Source of the DNA: Myxococcales bacterium
GTDB lineage: Bacteria; Myxococcota_A; Polyangia; Polyangiales; Houyiibacteriaceae
DNA: 64,000 nucleotides
Assembly (NCBI GenBank): GCA_012744445.1
Contig: JAAYBZ010000097.1
Coordinates: 4,457-68,456 of the forward strand
Direction of reading: 5' to 3'
The notes below the pieces were generated by a model. The model did no database searches and was not told the origin of the DNA. It worked only from the letters and a program-made list of their open reading frames with translations. The position numbers and the translations under genes were made by a program. Positions 42,801 through 53,209 of this stretch are shown piece after piece (the stretch's first letter is position 1; each line of letters starts with the position of its first letter).

Positions 42801-42867
42801 CGGCGAGCGCCGTGGCGTTGCACGCGAGGAGGAGGGCGACGAGCGCGAACGAGAGGAGCCGACTCAT
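39844..42867 (-). CDS. Omp85-family outer membrane protein (TamA/BamA-like) with extended POTRA region
   Basis: It has the signal peptide 'LLSFALVALLLACNATALA' and repeated POTRA-like segments. The C-terminal beta-barrel ends in '...FGAFSFTIGLF' with a terminal aromatic. Its start overlaps the tamB-like stop (ATGA). Confidence 0.8.
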   Translation of the reverse strand: MSRLLSFALVALLLACNATALAELPPELRGRPVADVTIEGGLAHKISPREVGIPVGAPLDRALLRDAIRRLVESGRYADVQLLLESSPEGVTVIARLLPRRRVARIEVQGNREISDEDAARTMGLMAGDDFDPERLEGARARLTEHYRALGFESVDVRIETRATNQPGEEVVRVVVVEGPATRIAEILVEGDPLPRRALRRRMLGFSKGDVLDVSRVDEGIRAAEQRLRELGYLAARLSIVRVDREGERATVVLSSRLGHRYDVLVRGHEPVPREEIVSALALTEDPLTTPVLAAMRQRVEDRLARLGYPHAEVEIRRVALPEDGRARLVVDIERGEAVRRTRLEFPGATHFTEGFLREQVQSYVSEASPLGGFADPVSKRTLANLLEGRKSTAYEEPEESLPDVSELIYRPAFEDAIEHIEELYAAAGYASARVGPARLEEEEGGFAVVIPIDEGPRTLLFRLAIEGNELIPTREIAELSKLREGMPWSRGALETARKRILEAYAEKGHIFASVDGRVELSADRTRARVTLEIRERFPVRVGEVVIEGMTRTDESLVRALLLVKPGEIFRPSLARRTQDRLMALGVFRSVSVTVQHPELPERVKTVEVRVSEHKNQYLDVRAGLSTAEGIRTGFEYGSRNVGGRAIATTLRVQLAAQFLFLNEQRRENLESLPVRDRLERWIGFGVMLPEFPRLPYWRTSLNLLHMRDNELTFGIDQNRFDMTATRRKIRSRSFFITPAVENNQIQIFDPNNQYQNLLESVQDNPRLQRLLRVPEGRTNLMAVKTGVTIDHRDNVFNPRRGFVGTTSIEWARTFLSEPVLRPDGSTDEFFSHHLSLVVRGSGYIPIGDRMVLALQGQYGRVIHLSRASETYPNRRFFLGGVDTIRAYQQDRMVPQDVAEAANELGGEFSSVVNQGGNTFLLFRAELRFPLYDQISAGVFTDVGNLWSDASALNPFKLRPTIGAGIRIETPIGPVALDYGINILYNQPNRRILREDFGAFSFTIGLF

Positions 42868-45800
42868 TCGAATTCGAGGCGCCAGCGCACGTCGACGCCC
42901 ACATTGCCGAAGCTCGACGCGCTCTCACGGTCGATGTTGTCGTATTGGAGCTCGAGGCTCGTCTGCTCGCCGAGACGCCACTGGAGCGCCGCCGTCACGT
43001 CGCGCGTCTCGCTCGCGAGCCCCGTGGAGGCGCGGAGACGGACTTGATCGCTGAGGCGCTTCGAGACGGTCACCTGGGGCTCCGGGCGGTTCGTGACGGG
43101 ATGGTACGCCGTCGTCAAACTGATGTCGTCGATGACGCCGAGGGCGCTCGTGAGCTCGTCGTCCACGCCGGTGACGGCCGAGAGCGCCTCGAGCGCCGCG
43201 CCGCTGAACGCGCCGCCCTGGACGCTCTGGGCTTCGGCGCCCGTCATGCCGATGGTGAGCAGGAGCGCGATGTCCTGCGGCGTGAGCGAGGGCTCGCTCG
43301 TCGCGTCGAGCTGGAACGCGTCCATGGTGCCGTGCGCGCGGAGGAAGATCCGCCACATCGAGCGGCCGACGTCGGCGCGCACGATCTGCGTGGTGGCGGT
43401 GACGTCGAAGCGAGGGTCGATCTCGTTCGCCGACGCGAAGACGATCGTGCCGTCGCGAACGGCGAAGTCGGCGTTGCGGAAGCGGATGGAGCCGCGGGAG
43501 ATGCGCAGGCTGCCGTAGGCGCCGGGGCGCGCGTCGGTGCCCACGACGCGGAACTCGCCGCCTTGGTCGTCGACGACCACGTCCACGTCGGCGACGTTGT
43601 TCCGGATCTCGAAGGGGCGCGGCGCGCGGAGCACGAGGTCGAGGTCGACGTGCTCCTCCGCGGCGTAGGGATCGCGGATCGACTCGCGCTTGGGTCGGTT
43701 GAGCTCGCCGATCGTCGGCGAGAGGTTCACGGCGCGTGTGTACCGGAAACGCTCGACGTCGACGGCGCCGGTGAGCGTGGGACGCGCCTCGCCGTCCTGC
43801 CACTTGAGGCGGACGTCGCCGCCGAGGGTGAGCGAGGTGCCCTCTTCGGGCGAGTAGTTCACGCCGGTGAAGCTCGCGTCGATCGCGTAACGCTTGAGCG
43901 TGCCGCCGCGCACGTCGACCTTGCCCTCGATCTTGGTCTTGCCGCCGCCGACGCGCGCCGTGATCTCCTCGAGGAGGATCCGCCGATCGTCGAAGCGGAT
44001 CGTGCCCACGAGGTCGCGCACGGGCACGGGGATGTCGCGCGCGAAGAAGGAGATGTCCTCGAGCGACATCATGCCGTCGACGATCGGCTTGTCGGCGGAG
44101 CCACGGAGGCTCACGCCGAGGACGACGCGTCCGTCGCTCCCCTTGACGAGCGGCGTGACGGCGCCGAGCGCGTTCACGTCGACCTCGCCGTCGACGCGGA
44201 AGTCGAGCGCGCGCTGGGATCCCTCCCCGGTGAATTCGAGGCGCGTGCCGGTGCCCCCGAAGCGCGCGCGCCTGACGACCGCACGTCCCTCCTCGACGTC
44301 GATGCGCACGGGGCCGACGTTGCCGAACTTCACCTCGCCGAACGAGGCACGCACGCGATCGAGCGCGAGCGTCCCGCTCAGGCCCGAAGCGTCGGCGAGC
44401 CCGCCACCCGTCCACTGGACGCGTCCGGAGATCGACGCCTTGCCGACCGGACCATCTTCGCCGACGGGGAGGAAGGGCGTGAGGTCGAGCTCGCGCGCGA
44501 CGAGCTCGCCGCGGAGGGGCGAGCGCTTGTCCCAGCCGAGCGCGATGTCGGTGACGAGCGTGTCGCCGAAGGCGCGGCCGCAGACGAGCCACGCCATGGG
44601 CGGCGGGGCCTTGGCCCCGGGGGGATCCCCTGGCCGACGCCAGCGCGCGTTCGCGAGGCCTTCCCACGCCTTCTCGCAGCCGGCGGGCGCGGGGGTATCG
44701 ACCGTCTCGGATCGGTCGGCGAGGCGGACGTAGAAGAGGCCGTCGCCGAGGAGCGAGCGCTCGTACGCCACGTTGGCGAGGCGGAGCTCGAGGTCGAGGT
44801 GCGGGACGTCGAGCGTTCCGCCGATGCGCCCGATGCCGCCTGCATGCCCCGAGAGGTGCGGCGAGATCTCACGCACGTCCGGGATCCCGGCCAGGGGGAG
44901 GCGATCGAAGACGAGATCCATCGCGAGCTTGCCGCCGAGCAGGAGGCGCCCGCCGAGGCTCGCCGTGCCACCCTCCTTGGTGAGGAAGACGCGATCGAGG
45001 TCGAGCATCATGCCGTCGACGCCGCGCTCGAAGTCCTTCCACACGAGCCGCACGTTCGCTTCGCCGCCGTCGAAGGGGACCTCCAGCACCTCGGCGGAGT
45101 CGAGAACGGTGGCGATGTCGAGGCGGAGCGTGCCGGTCGGGGAGTCGCCGGGGAACCCTTGGGTGTAGTGCGCCGTGACGCGCCCGCGGCCGACGGCCTC
45201 GACGTCTTCGATGCCGGGCTCGTCCTCCAGGCGGAGCATCTGCCGCACGTCGGCGAGGGTGAAGCGATCGAAGGTGCCGGAGGCCGTGAGCTCGAACGCC
45301 TCCTCGAAGTCGAGGAGGAGATCGGAGACGCGATAGTCCGTGGCGCCCTTGGACCCTCGGATCTGGTGGAACCGGACGGCGATGCCGCCCTTCTCGAGAT
45401 CGGCCTGGCCCACGTGGATCCGCCCGAGCGGCATCTCGCCGAACTCGAAGTTCTCGATGGAGTACGCGGCGTGGAGCGCGACGTCGGAGTAGGTGTCGCC
45501 GATGCGGAGGTCGACGTTGGCGCGGCCCGAGATGGGGATGCCCACGAGCGGCGAGATCTCGGCGAGGTCGATGCTCCCCTGGTCGATGGTGAGCCAGAAG
45601 TCGTCCACGAAGCCGATGAAGAAGTCGACCGTCGCGCGCGAACGCCCCGTGTCGAGCTTCATCTTCTCGAAGCGGAGGCCGGTCTCCTGGATCTCGATGC
45701 GTCCGTCGATGTGGCCGCCCTTGGCCTTGAGGATCACGTCGCGCGGACGCGCGTGGTGCGGCCCCGAGGTGAGGATGAAGGCCCCCGAGCGCGCGTTGAG

Positions 45801-47027
45801 CGGGCCTCCGAGCGAGAAGGGGAGGATCTGGCCCTTGAGCTTCGACTTGCCGCCGAGCTCCCAGTCGATGATCGCGTCGGGCGTGACCCCGAGCTGCCAG
45901 AGGAGGCGCTCGAGCTTGAGCGTGACGATGTCGACGTCGAGCTCGATGGGGAAGCTCCCGCCGAGGCCGATGGTCCCGGTGATGGCGGCGCGGCCTCCGT
46001 CGTGCGCGACGACGTACTCGCTCCCGGGGCGGAGCCGCGCGCGCTCGGCGTTCACGTCGAGGTCGAGCAGGATGCGCCCGGCGACGCCGGTGCCTTCGAT
46101 GACGAGGTCTGCGACGTCGACCTTGCCGTCGAACTTGGGGCCTTCGTCGTCGAGCGAGAAGGCGCCGTCCACCGCGACGCGCCCGGTGATCTTCGGGACG
46201 CCGACGCTGGCGGGGATGCGCTCGAGCACGGCGAGATCGAGGTCGAGCTTCACCGATTGGGCCGCGCCCTGGGGGCCGGGCGGGAGCGGGAGCGAGGCGC
46301 CGTCGAGCTCGAGCGAGCCCTCGGGGAGCCGGATCGCGAGGTGATCCACGAAGAGCGCCTCGAGCGATGGGAGGCGCGCGCCGAGCGAGATGGACTCGAC
46401 GTCGCCGCTCGTATCGGGATGCTCGAGGTGGACCGCGCCCGTGTTCAGGAAGAGCGCGAGGCTCCCGCGGTCGTTCTCGAGGTCGACGCGGAGGTCACGG
46501 AGGGTGGAGACGTGTCCGTCGAGGTCGACGCTCACCGCGCCGTCGATGATGATGAGCCGCGAGAGCGGCAGGTCGAGCGAAGGGGGCTCCTCGTCGTCCG
46601 CGCTCGGCTCGGGGAGGCGTGGGCCGTTGAGGAGCTTCCCGTCGCGGACGATCAGCTGGACTTCGGGCTCGTCGAGCTGGACGCGCTTGAGGTGGAACTC
46701 GCCGCGGAGGAGGCCGAGCCAACCCGGCTGGACGAGGAGGCGCTTGGCCCTCGCGAGCGTCCCGTGCTCGGGGTGCACGACGTCGACGCCGTGGGCCGAG
46801 ACCGTGAGCGCGGGCGGCATGTACGAGACGTCGACCGACACGCCCGAGGCGCGGATCTCGAGCCCGAGCTCCTCGCGCACCACCTCCACGAGGGCCCCCT
46901 CGACCCAATCGGTCACGAGGGTCGTGTGCGCGAGCGTCACGTAGATGGCCCCGAGCAGGAAGCCGAGCATCAAGGCGATCCGCTGCCGTCGTCTGCGCGA
47001 ACGCGCTTTTCGCCGGTATCGTTGCAT
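42864..47027 (-). CDS. tamB: translocation and assembly module protein TamB-like (AsmA-like/DUF490)
   Basis: It is 1387 aa with an N-terminal anchor 'IALMLGFLLGAIYVTLA' and a long beta-rich repetitive body. The DUF490-type C-terminus is '...LELQYDNIDRESASSFGNVGVDVRWRLEFE'. It lies directly upstream of the Omp85 partner. Confidence 0.8.
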   Translation of the reverse strand: MQRYRRKARSRRRRQRIALMLGFLLGAIYVTLAHTTLVTDWVEGALVEVVREELGLEIRASGVSVDVSYMPPALTVSAHGVDVVHPEHGTLARAKRLLVQPGWLGLLRGEFHLKRVQLDEPEVQLIVRDGKLLNGPRLPEPSADDEEPPSLDLPLSRLIIIDGAVSVDLDGHVSTLRDLRVDLENDRGSLALFLNTGAVHLEHPDTSGDVESISLGARLPSLEALFVDHLAIRLPEGSLELDGASLPLPPGPQGAAQSVKLDLDLAVLERIPASVGVPKITGRVAVDGAFSLDDEGPKFDGKVDVADLVIEGTGVAGRILLDLDVNAERARLRPGSEYVVAHDGGRAAITGTIGLGGSFPIELDVDIVTLKLERLLWQLGVTPDAIIDWELGGKSKLKGQILPFSLGGPLNARSGAFILTSGPHHARPRDVILKAKGGHIDGRIEIQETGLRFEKMKLDTGRSRATVDFFIGFVDDFWLTIDQGSIDLAEISPLVGIPISGRANVDLRIGDTYSDVALHAAYSIENFEFGEMPLGRIHVGQADLEKGGIAVRFHQIRGSKGATDYRVSDLLLDFEEAFELTASGTFDRFTLADVRQMLRLEDEPGIEDVEAVGRGRVTAHYTQGFPGDSPTGTLRLDIATVLDSAEVLEVPFDGGEANVRLVWKDFERGVDGMMLDLDRVFLTKEGGTASLGGRLLLGGKLAMDLVFDRLPLAGIPDVREISPHLSGHAGGIGRIGGTLDVPHLDLELRLANVAYERSLLGDGLFYVRLADRSETVDTPAPAGCEKAWEGLANARWRRPGDPPGAKAPPPMAWLVCGRAFGDTLVTDIALGWDKRSPLRGELVARELDLTPFLPVGEDGPVGKASISGRVQWTGGGLADASGLSGTLALDRVRASFGEVKFGNVGPVRIDVEEGRAVVRRARFGGTGTRLEFTGEGSQRALDFRVDGEVDVNALGAVTPLVKGSDGRVVLGVSLRGSADKPIVDGMMSLEDISFFARDIPVPVRDLVGTIRFDDRRILLEEITARVGGGKTKIEGKVDVRGGTLKRYAIDASFTGVNYSPEEGTSLTLGGDVRLKWQDGEARPTLTGAVDVERFRYTRAVNLSPTIGELNRPKRESIRDPYAAEEHVDLDLVLRAPRPFEIRNNVADVDVVVDDQGGEFRVVGTDARPGAYGSLRISRGSIRFRNADFAVRDGTIVFASANEIDPRFDVTATTQIVRADVGRSMWRIFLRAHGTMDAFQLDATSEPSLTPQDIALLLTIGMTGAEAQSVQGGAFSGAALEALSAVTGVDDELTSALGVIDDISLTTAYHPVTNRPEPQVTVSKRLSDQVRLRASTGLASETRDVTAALQWRLGEQTSLELQYDNIDRESASSFGNVGVDVRWRLEFE

Positions 47028-47116
47028 CGGGGAGGGGCGGGTGGACGAGACGAAATTCTAGCAGGGTCGATTCAAAAACCCCATTTTTTCGGGCGTTTGG
47101 ACGGGGCGGCGGGCAG

Positions 47117-47142
47117 GACGCCCCGCACGTATGCGGGGCGTC
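47117..47142. promoter_or_regulatory. perfect 11-bp inverted repeat / hairpin (GACGCCCCGCA-cgta-TGCGGGGCGTC)
   Basis: It lies in the 138-nt divergent gap between tamB and the DUF1285 gene, 24 nt upstream of the DUF1285 ATG. No U-tract follows on either strand, so it is not a canonical terminator. Confidence 0.35.
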
Positions 47143-47165
47143 GGGCGAGGTGGTATGGAAGGAGC

Positions 47166-47648
47166 ATGGACCCGAGCTCGTTTCTTCAAGGCCGAACCCG
47201 AGAGACGAAGATCCGGCGCGATCGGCGCGGGCGGTGGTGGAACGACGGTGATCCCATCGATCACCCGAACCTCCGGACGAGCTTCGACGGCTGGGTCGAC
47301 GTGGCGGAGGACGGTCGCTACTGCCTCTCCAACGACATCAATTGGGCCTACATCACGCTCGAGGGGCCGCCCTATTTCGTGCGAAAGGTGACCCCCACGA
47401 GCGAGGGCCTCTCGGTCACGCTCTCTGGAGATCGGGTGGAGCCGCTCGACCCGGCGACCCTCCGCCAGACCCGCGCTGGCACGCTCTACTGCCGCGTGCG
47501 AGAGGGGCGCTGCGTCGCGGTCTTCGACACACACGCGGCGTCGCAGCTCGGCGAGCGCATGGGCGAGGACGAAGAGGGCGTTTACGTCGACGTCGGTGGG
47601 GTGAGGGTTCATCCTCCGGTCGAAGACCACGACTCCATCGACGATTGA
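47166..47648 (+). CDS. DUF1285 domain protein
   Basis: The ATG at 47166 follows GGAAGGAG. 'IRRDRRGRWWNDGDPIDHPNLRTSFDGWVDVAEDGRYCLSNDINWAYITLEGPPYFV' fits the DUF1285 pattern as I recall it. It forms the 3' end of a spurious 1680-aa track ORF. Confidence 0.65.
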   Translation: MDPSSFLQGRTRETKIRRDRRGRWWNDGDPIDHPNLRTSFDGWVDVAEDGRYCLSNDINWAYITLEGPPYFVRKVTPTSEGLSVTLSGDRVEPLDPATLRQTRAGTLYCRVREGRCVAVFDTHAASQLGERMGEDEEGVYVDVGGVRVHPPVEDHDSIDD

Positions 47649-48259
47649 TGCAGAAACGAAAGACCATCGAGGCGTTCGCGCTGACCGCCCTCCTCGGCGT
47701 GCCCTTGCTCGTCGCCTTCTCGGCCGCGTTCGCGGACGGGCACCGCCGCCACGTGGAGCTGCCCTTCCGGGCGATCTTCGGCGACGCGCGCTTCGAGGCG
47801 ATGATGCGCGGCGAGGGCGGCTTCCCCCACTACCTCGGGCGGGAGCGCCGCGCGCCGGACTTCGAGCTCGTCGATCGTCACGGGCGCACGTTCAAGCTGA
47901 GCGAGCGGCGGGGCCGGGTGGTGGTGATGAACTTCTGGTCGATCACCTGCCCGCCCTGCGTCGAGGAGATGCCCTCCTACGAGGCGCTCTCCGAGATCGC
48001 GGCGAAGTACGGCGACGTGGACGTGGTCGCCGTCTCCGCCGACGCCGGCTACGAGGCCGTGCGGTCGGTGCTCTCGCCCTCGTCGAAGGTGATCCACCTC
48101 TTCGATCCCGAGCGCGAGGTCATCACCGAGCGTTACGGCACGGAGCTCTTCCCGGAGACCTGGATCATCGACCGCGACGGCGTCGTGCGGCTCCGTTACG
48201 ACGGCCCCTTCGACTGGTCGAACCCCGTGGTGCTGAGCCTGATCGAGCGCTTCCGCTGA
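47648..48259 (+). CDS. TlpA-family thiol:disulfide oxidoreductase (thioredoxin fold, cytochrome maturation-type)
   Basis: It has an N-terminal anchor and the redox motif 'NFWSITCPPCVEEMP'. The start overlaps the DUF1285 stop (TGATG). Confidence 0.8.
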   Translation: MQKRKTIEAFALTALLGVPLLVAFSAAFADGHRRHVELPFRAIFGDARFEAMMRGEGGFPHYLGRERRAPDFELVDRHGRTFKLSERRGRVVVMNFWSITCPPCVEEMPSYEALSEIAAKYGDVDVVAVSADAGYEAVRSVLSPSSKVIHLFDPEREVITERYGTELFPETWIIDRDGVVRLRYDGPFDWSNPVVLSLIERFR

Positions 48260-48271
48260 AGCGCGCGGCGC

Positions 48272-48949
48272 TCATTCCTCGGTGAGGATCTCGAAGAGCC
48301 AGAGCCCGCCCGAGAGGAAGGTCGCGAAGAAGAGCGCGAGCAGGCCGTACCAGGACCCGAGCTCGGCGAGCGGTGCGCCCTCGAGCGCCTCGCGGCTGCC
48401 GACGACGCCAGCGAGGATCGCGGGCGCGAGGAGCGGGAAGAGCACGACGCTCAGCACGAGGTCGCGCGCCTTGGTGGTGACCGTGAGCGCGCCGAAGAGG
48501 CAGCCCGCCGAGACGAACCCCGCCGTGGAGAGCAGGAGGAAGGCGAGCACGTGGAGCAGGCCGAGGCCGGGCTCGAGGTGGAAGAAGAGCGCGGTCATGG
48601 CGAGGAGGCCGAGGTCGATGACGGCGAGCAGGAGGAAGCTCGCCGCGACCTTGCCGAGGTAGATCGCCGCGCGCGGGATCGGGCTCATCCGCAGGCCGGT
48701 GAGCGCGTCGAACTCGCGCTCCTTGGCGAAGGCGCGCCCGAGCGCGAGCACACCGGAGAACGCGGCTGCCACGAAGAGCACGCCAGGCGCGATCTGTCGG
48801 CCGTGCGCCGGATCGAGGTAGAAGGCCAGCGAGGCGATGAAGACCACGAGCGCCGCGAAGAGCGCGGAGGTGGTCACGATCTCCTTGGTGCGCCATTCGA
48901 CCCGGAGGTCCTTCTCGGCGACGAGGCGGGCGGCTCGGAGGAGGTTCAC
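48272..48949 (-). CDS. ccmB: heme exporter protein CcmB
   Basis: It is 225 aa with six TM helices. The N-terminal 'RLVAEKDLRVEWRTKEIVTTSALFAALVVFI' is typical of CcmB. It overlaps ccmA by 4 nt. Confidence 0.8.
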   Translation of the reverse strand: MNLLRAARLVAEKDLRVEWRTKEIVTTSALFAALVVFIASLAFYLDPAHGRQIAPGVLFVAAAFSGVLALGRAFAKEREFDALTGLRMSPIPRAAIYLGKVAASFLLLAVIDLGLLAMTALFFHLEPGLGLLHVLAFLLLSTAGFVSAGCLFGALTVTTKARDLVLSVVLFPLLAPAILAGVVGSREALEGAPLAELGSWYGLLALFFATFLSGGLWLFEILTEE

Positions 48950-49599
48950 GCGGCGCGCTCCAATTTTCCGCGGCGGAGGCAGAGGGTCTCTTGCGCGACG
49001 GACTCCGCGAACCCGCGATCGTGCGTGACGAGGACGACGATCGCGCCGCGCGCGCGCTCTTCTTCGAGGATGCGGCGGAGCCGGGCGACGCCCTCGTCGT
49101 CGAGGCCGGTCGTGGGCTCGTCGAGGAGGAGCAGGCGCGGCGAGGCGAGGAGCGCGCGGCCGATGGCGAGCCGCTGGAGCTGTCCGCGCGAGTAGGTGCG
49201 CGCGGGTCGATCGAGGTGCGCGCCGCCGCCGAGGCGCTCGACGAAGGTGGCGATGGCGCCCTCCGGGTCGGCGATGCCGTAGAGCGCGGCGAAGAGGCGG
49301 AGGTTCTCGCGCGCGGTGAGGTCGGGGTAGAGCATGGGCGCGTGCGAGACGAAGCCCACACGGGCGCGGATCGCGTCGCGCGCCCTCGGGCCGTGATCGC
49401 CGAAGCGGAGGGTCCCCCGCGTGGGCGTCGCGACGAGCGCGAGGAGGGAGAGGAGGCTGCTCTTCCCGCTCCCGTTCGGCCCCTCGACGTGGGTGATCAC
49501 CCCGGAGTGGAAGACGTGATCGAATCCACGGAGCGCCCGGGTGGCGCCGTAGGTCTTCGAGAGCCCGATGGCCTCCACACGGTCGAAGTCGATCGGCAC
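48946..49599 (-). CDS. ccmA: heme ABC exporter ATP-binding protein CcmA
   Basis: Evidence is Walker A 'GPNGSGKSSLL', the signature 'YSRGQLQRLAIG' and Walker B 'LLLLDEPTTGLD'. The GTG start at 49599 is proposed and uncertain. The 853-aa track ORF is over-extended. Confidence 0.8.
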   Translation of the reverse strand: MPIDFDRVEAIGLSKTYGATRALRGFDHVFHSGVITHVEGPNGSGKSSLLSLLALVATPTRGTLRFGDHGPRARDAIRARVGFVSHAPMLYPDLTARENLRLFAALYGIADPEGAIATFVERLGGGAHLDRPARTYSRGQLQRLAIGRALLASPRLLLLDEPTTGLDDEGVARLRRILEEERARGAIVVLVTHDRGFAESVAQETLCLRRGKLERAA

Positions 49600-49686
49600 G
49601 GGGCGTACGGTAGCACGCGCGCGCGGAGGCGAATCCGGACGCGTCGCGCGGCGGTCGTGACGCCCGGTTCGTGGTATCGTTTTTCG

Positions 49687-51441
<1,755 letters not shown>

Positions 51442-51524
51442 AAGGCGATTGACGTAGGCAGCCTCGAGCACCCCGTTAAGGGTGGGAGTGGGTGCACCTC
51501 GCCTCACCCCGGGAGGAAGGCTCC

Positions 51525-51929
51525 GTGCTCAACATCCCTGTCGAGACCGTCGCGTACATCGCGATGAAGGCGAAGGAGTGGGACACCAAGGTGGAGTCCC
51601 TCGAGCTCTCCGACGGCTCGAACCCGGCGGACGATCGCGAGGCCGTCGTCCTCGAGTACGACGGAGAGGATACGGACGCGTACGAGCTCGCGTCGGCCAT
51701 CGAGCGCCTCAACGAGGACGAGAAGGCCGACCTCATCGCGCTCACGTGGCTCGGCCGCGGCGACTTCGACTCGTACGAGGAGGCGCGCGAGATGGCGCTC
51801 GAGCGGATGAACGAGCGCACGGCGGCGTACCTCATGGGTGATCCACGGCTCGGCGATCACCTCTCCGAGGGGCTCGCGTTGCTCGGCTATTCGCCCGAGG
51901 AGCTCGAGGAATTGGAGCTCGCGACCTAG
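51525..51929 (+). CDS. DUF3775 domain protein
   Basis: 'LIALTWLGRGDFDSYEEAREMALERMNERTAAYLMGDPRLGDHLSEGLALLGY' fits DUF3775 as I recall it. GTG 51525 is preceded by GGGAGGAAGG. The track start at 51492 is an alternative. Confidence 0.6.
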   Translation: MLNIPVETVAYIAMKAKEWDTKVESLELSDGSNPADDREAVVLEYDGEDTDAYELASAIERLNEDEKADLIALTWLGRGDFDSYEEAREMALERMNERTAAYLMGDPRLGDHLSEGLALLGYSPEELEELELAT

Positions 51930-52051
51930 CCTCGGCGCGGCGTTTCGGTCTTTACAAGCGTCGTCCGCGGGCGATATGAATGGCCGTTCATTCAAGGGCG
52001 GGCATCCGTTCGCGGGTCCCGACCGGGCTTGCGCAGCTTGCGCATCGACGC

Positions 52052-53209
52052 ATGGAGGCCACCGTGGAACGCACCATCTTCTCCGAGGAGCACAAGCTCT
52101 TCCGCCAGAACGTCCGCACCTTCATCGAGCGCGAGGTGGTGCCGCACCAGGAGACGTGGATCGAGAACGGCTGCGTCTCGCGCGAGGTCTGGCGTGCCGC
52201 CGGCGAGGCCGGCCTCATCTGCCCCTGGATGGAAGAGGAGTGGGGCGGCGGCGGCGGTGACTTCCTCCACTCCGTCATCGTGATGGAGGAGCTCGCGCGC
52301 GTGTACGAGTCGGGCTTCGCCGTCAGCCTCCACGGCGACATCATCGTCCCCTACATCCACAGCTTCGGCTCCAAGGAGCAGAAGGAGAAGTGGCTCCCGA
52401 AGTGCGCGAGCGGTGAGGTGATCACGGCCGTCGCGATGACCGAGCCGGGCACGGGCTCCGACCTCGCGTCCATCGCCACCACGGCGCGGCGCGAGGGCGA
52501 CGAGTACGTCCTGAACGGCGCCAAGACCTTCATCTCCAACGGGATGCTCTGCGATCTGGTCGTCGTCGCGGCGCGCACGGGCGGCCCCGACACGCCTTCG
52601 CACCAGGCGCTCTCCCTCTTCCTCGTCGAGGCCGATCGGCCGGGCTTCAGCAAGAGCAAGAAGCTCAAGAAGATCGGCATGCACGCGCAGGACACGGCCG
52701 AGCTGGTCTTCGAGGACTGCCGGATCCCCGCGTCGAACATGCTCGGCGCCGAGGGCATGGGCTTCTTCATGCTCATGCAGAAGCTCCAGCAGGAGCGGCT
52801 CTGCGTGGGCATCTCCTGTCAGGCGGCGGCGCGCCAGGTGCTCGAGGACACCATCCGCTACTGCCAGGAGCGCCAGGCGTTCGGGAAACCCCTGACGAAG
52901 TTCCAGAACACGCAGTTCAAGCTCGCCGAGTGTGCGACCGAGGTCGAGGTGGGCCAGGCCTTCCTCGATCGGCTCCTCGTCGATCACGTCAAGGGCAAGA
53001 TGCTCGTGAAGGAGTGCTCGATGTCGAAGCTCTGGCACAGCGAGATGCTCGCGCGCGTGGTCGACACCTGCGTGCAGCTCCACGGCGGCTACGGCTTCAT
53101 GAGCGAGTACAAGGTCGCCCGGGCGTACATGGACGCGCGCGTGCAGCGCATCTTCGCCGGCACCAACGAGATCATGAAGGTGATCATCGCGAAGCAGATG
53201 GGCCTCTGA
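52052..53209 (+). CDS. acyl-CoA dehydrogenase
   Basis: It is 385 aa with 'FSEEHKLFRQNVRTFIEREVVPH', 'AMTEPGTGSDLASI', 'KTFISNG' and the C-terminal 'RIFAGTNEIMKVIIAKQMG'. Confidence 0.9.
   Translation: MEATVERTIFSEEHKLFRQNVRTFIEREVVPHQETWIENGCVSREVWRAAGEAGLICPWMEEEWGGGGGDFLHSVIVMEELARVYESGFAVSLHGDIIVPYIHSFGSKEQKEKWLPKCASGEVITAVAMTEPGTGSDLASIATTARREGDEYVLNGAKTFISNGMLCDLVVVAARTGGPDTPSHQALSLFLVEADRPGFSKSKKLKKIGMHAQDTAELVFEDCRIPASNMLGAEGMGFFMLMQKLQQERLCVGISCQAAARQVLEDTIRYCQERQAFGKPLTKFQNTQFKLAECATEVEVGQAFLDRLLVDHVKGKMLVKECSMSKLWHSEMLARVVDTCVQLHGGYGFMSEYKVARAYMDARVQRIFAGTNEIMKVIIAKQMGL

Noticed and set aside
39578-42928. 1116-aa minus ORF (frame of the small 62-aa protein) and 747-aa plus ORF 40366..42609
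   Set aside because: Apart from the terminal 62 codons, the translation is Arg/Pro/Gly-rich nonsense. It overlaps the Omp85 gene, whose own frame (39844..42867) gives a signal peptide, POTRA-like repeats and a barrel terminus.
42606-47165. First roughly 1520 codons of the 1680-aa plus ORF 42606..47648
   Set aside because: It is antisense to tamB. Only the last 160 codons (DUF1285, from ATG 47166 with a good RBS) look like a real protein.
48260-48271. AGCGC-gcg-GCGCT mini-hairpin between the convergent tlpA-like and ccmB genes
   Set aside because: A 5-bp stem with a 3-nt loop and no U-tract is too weak to call a bidirectional terminator.
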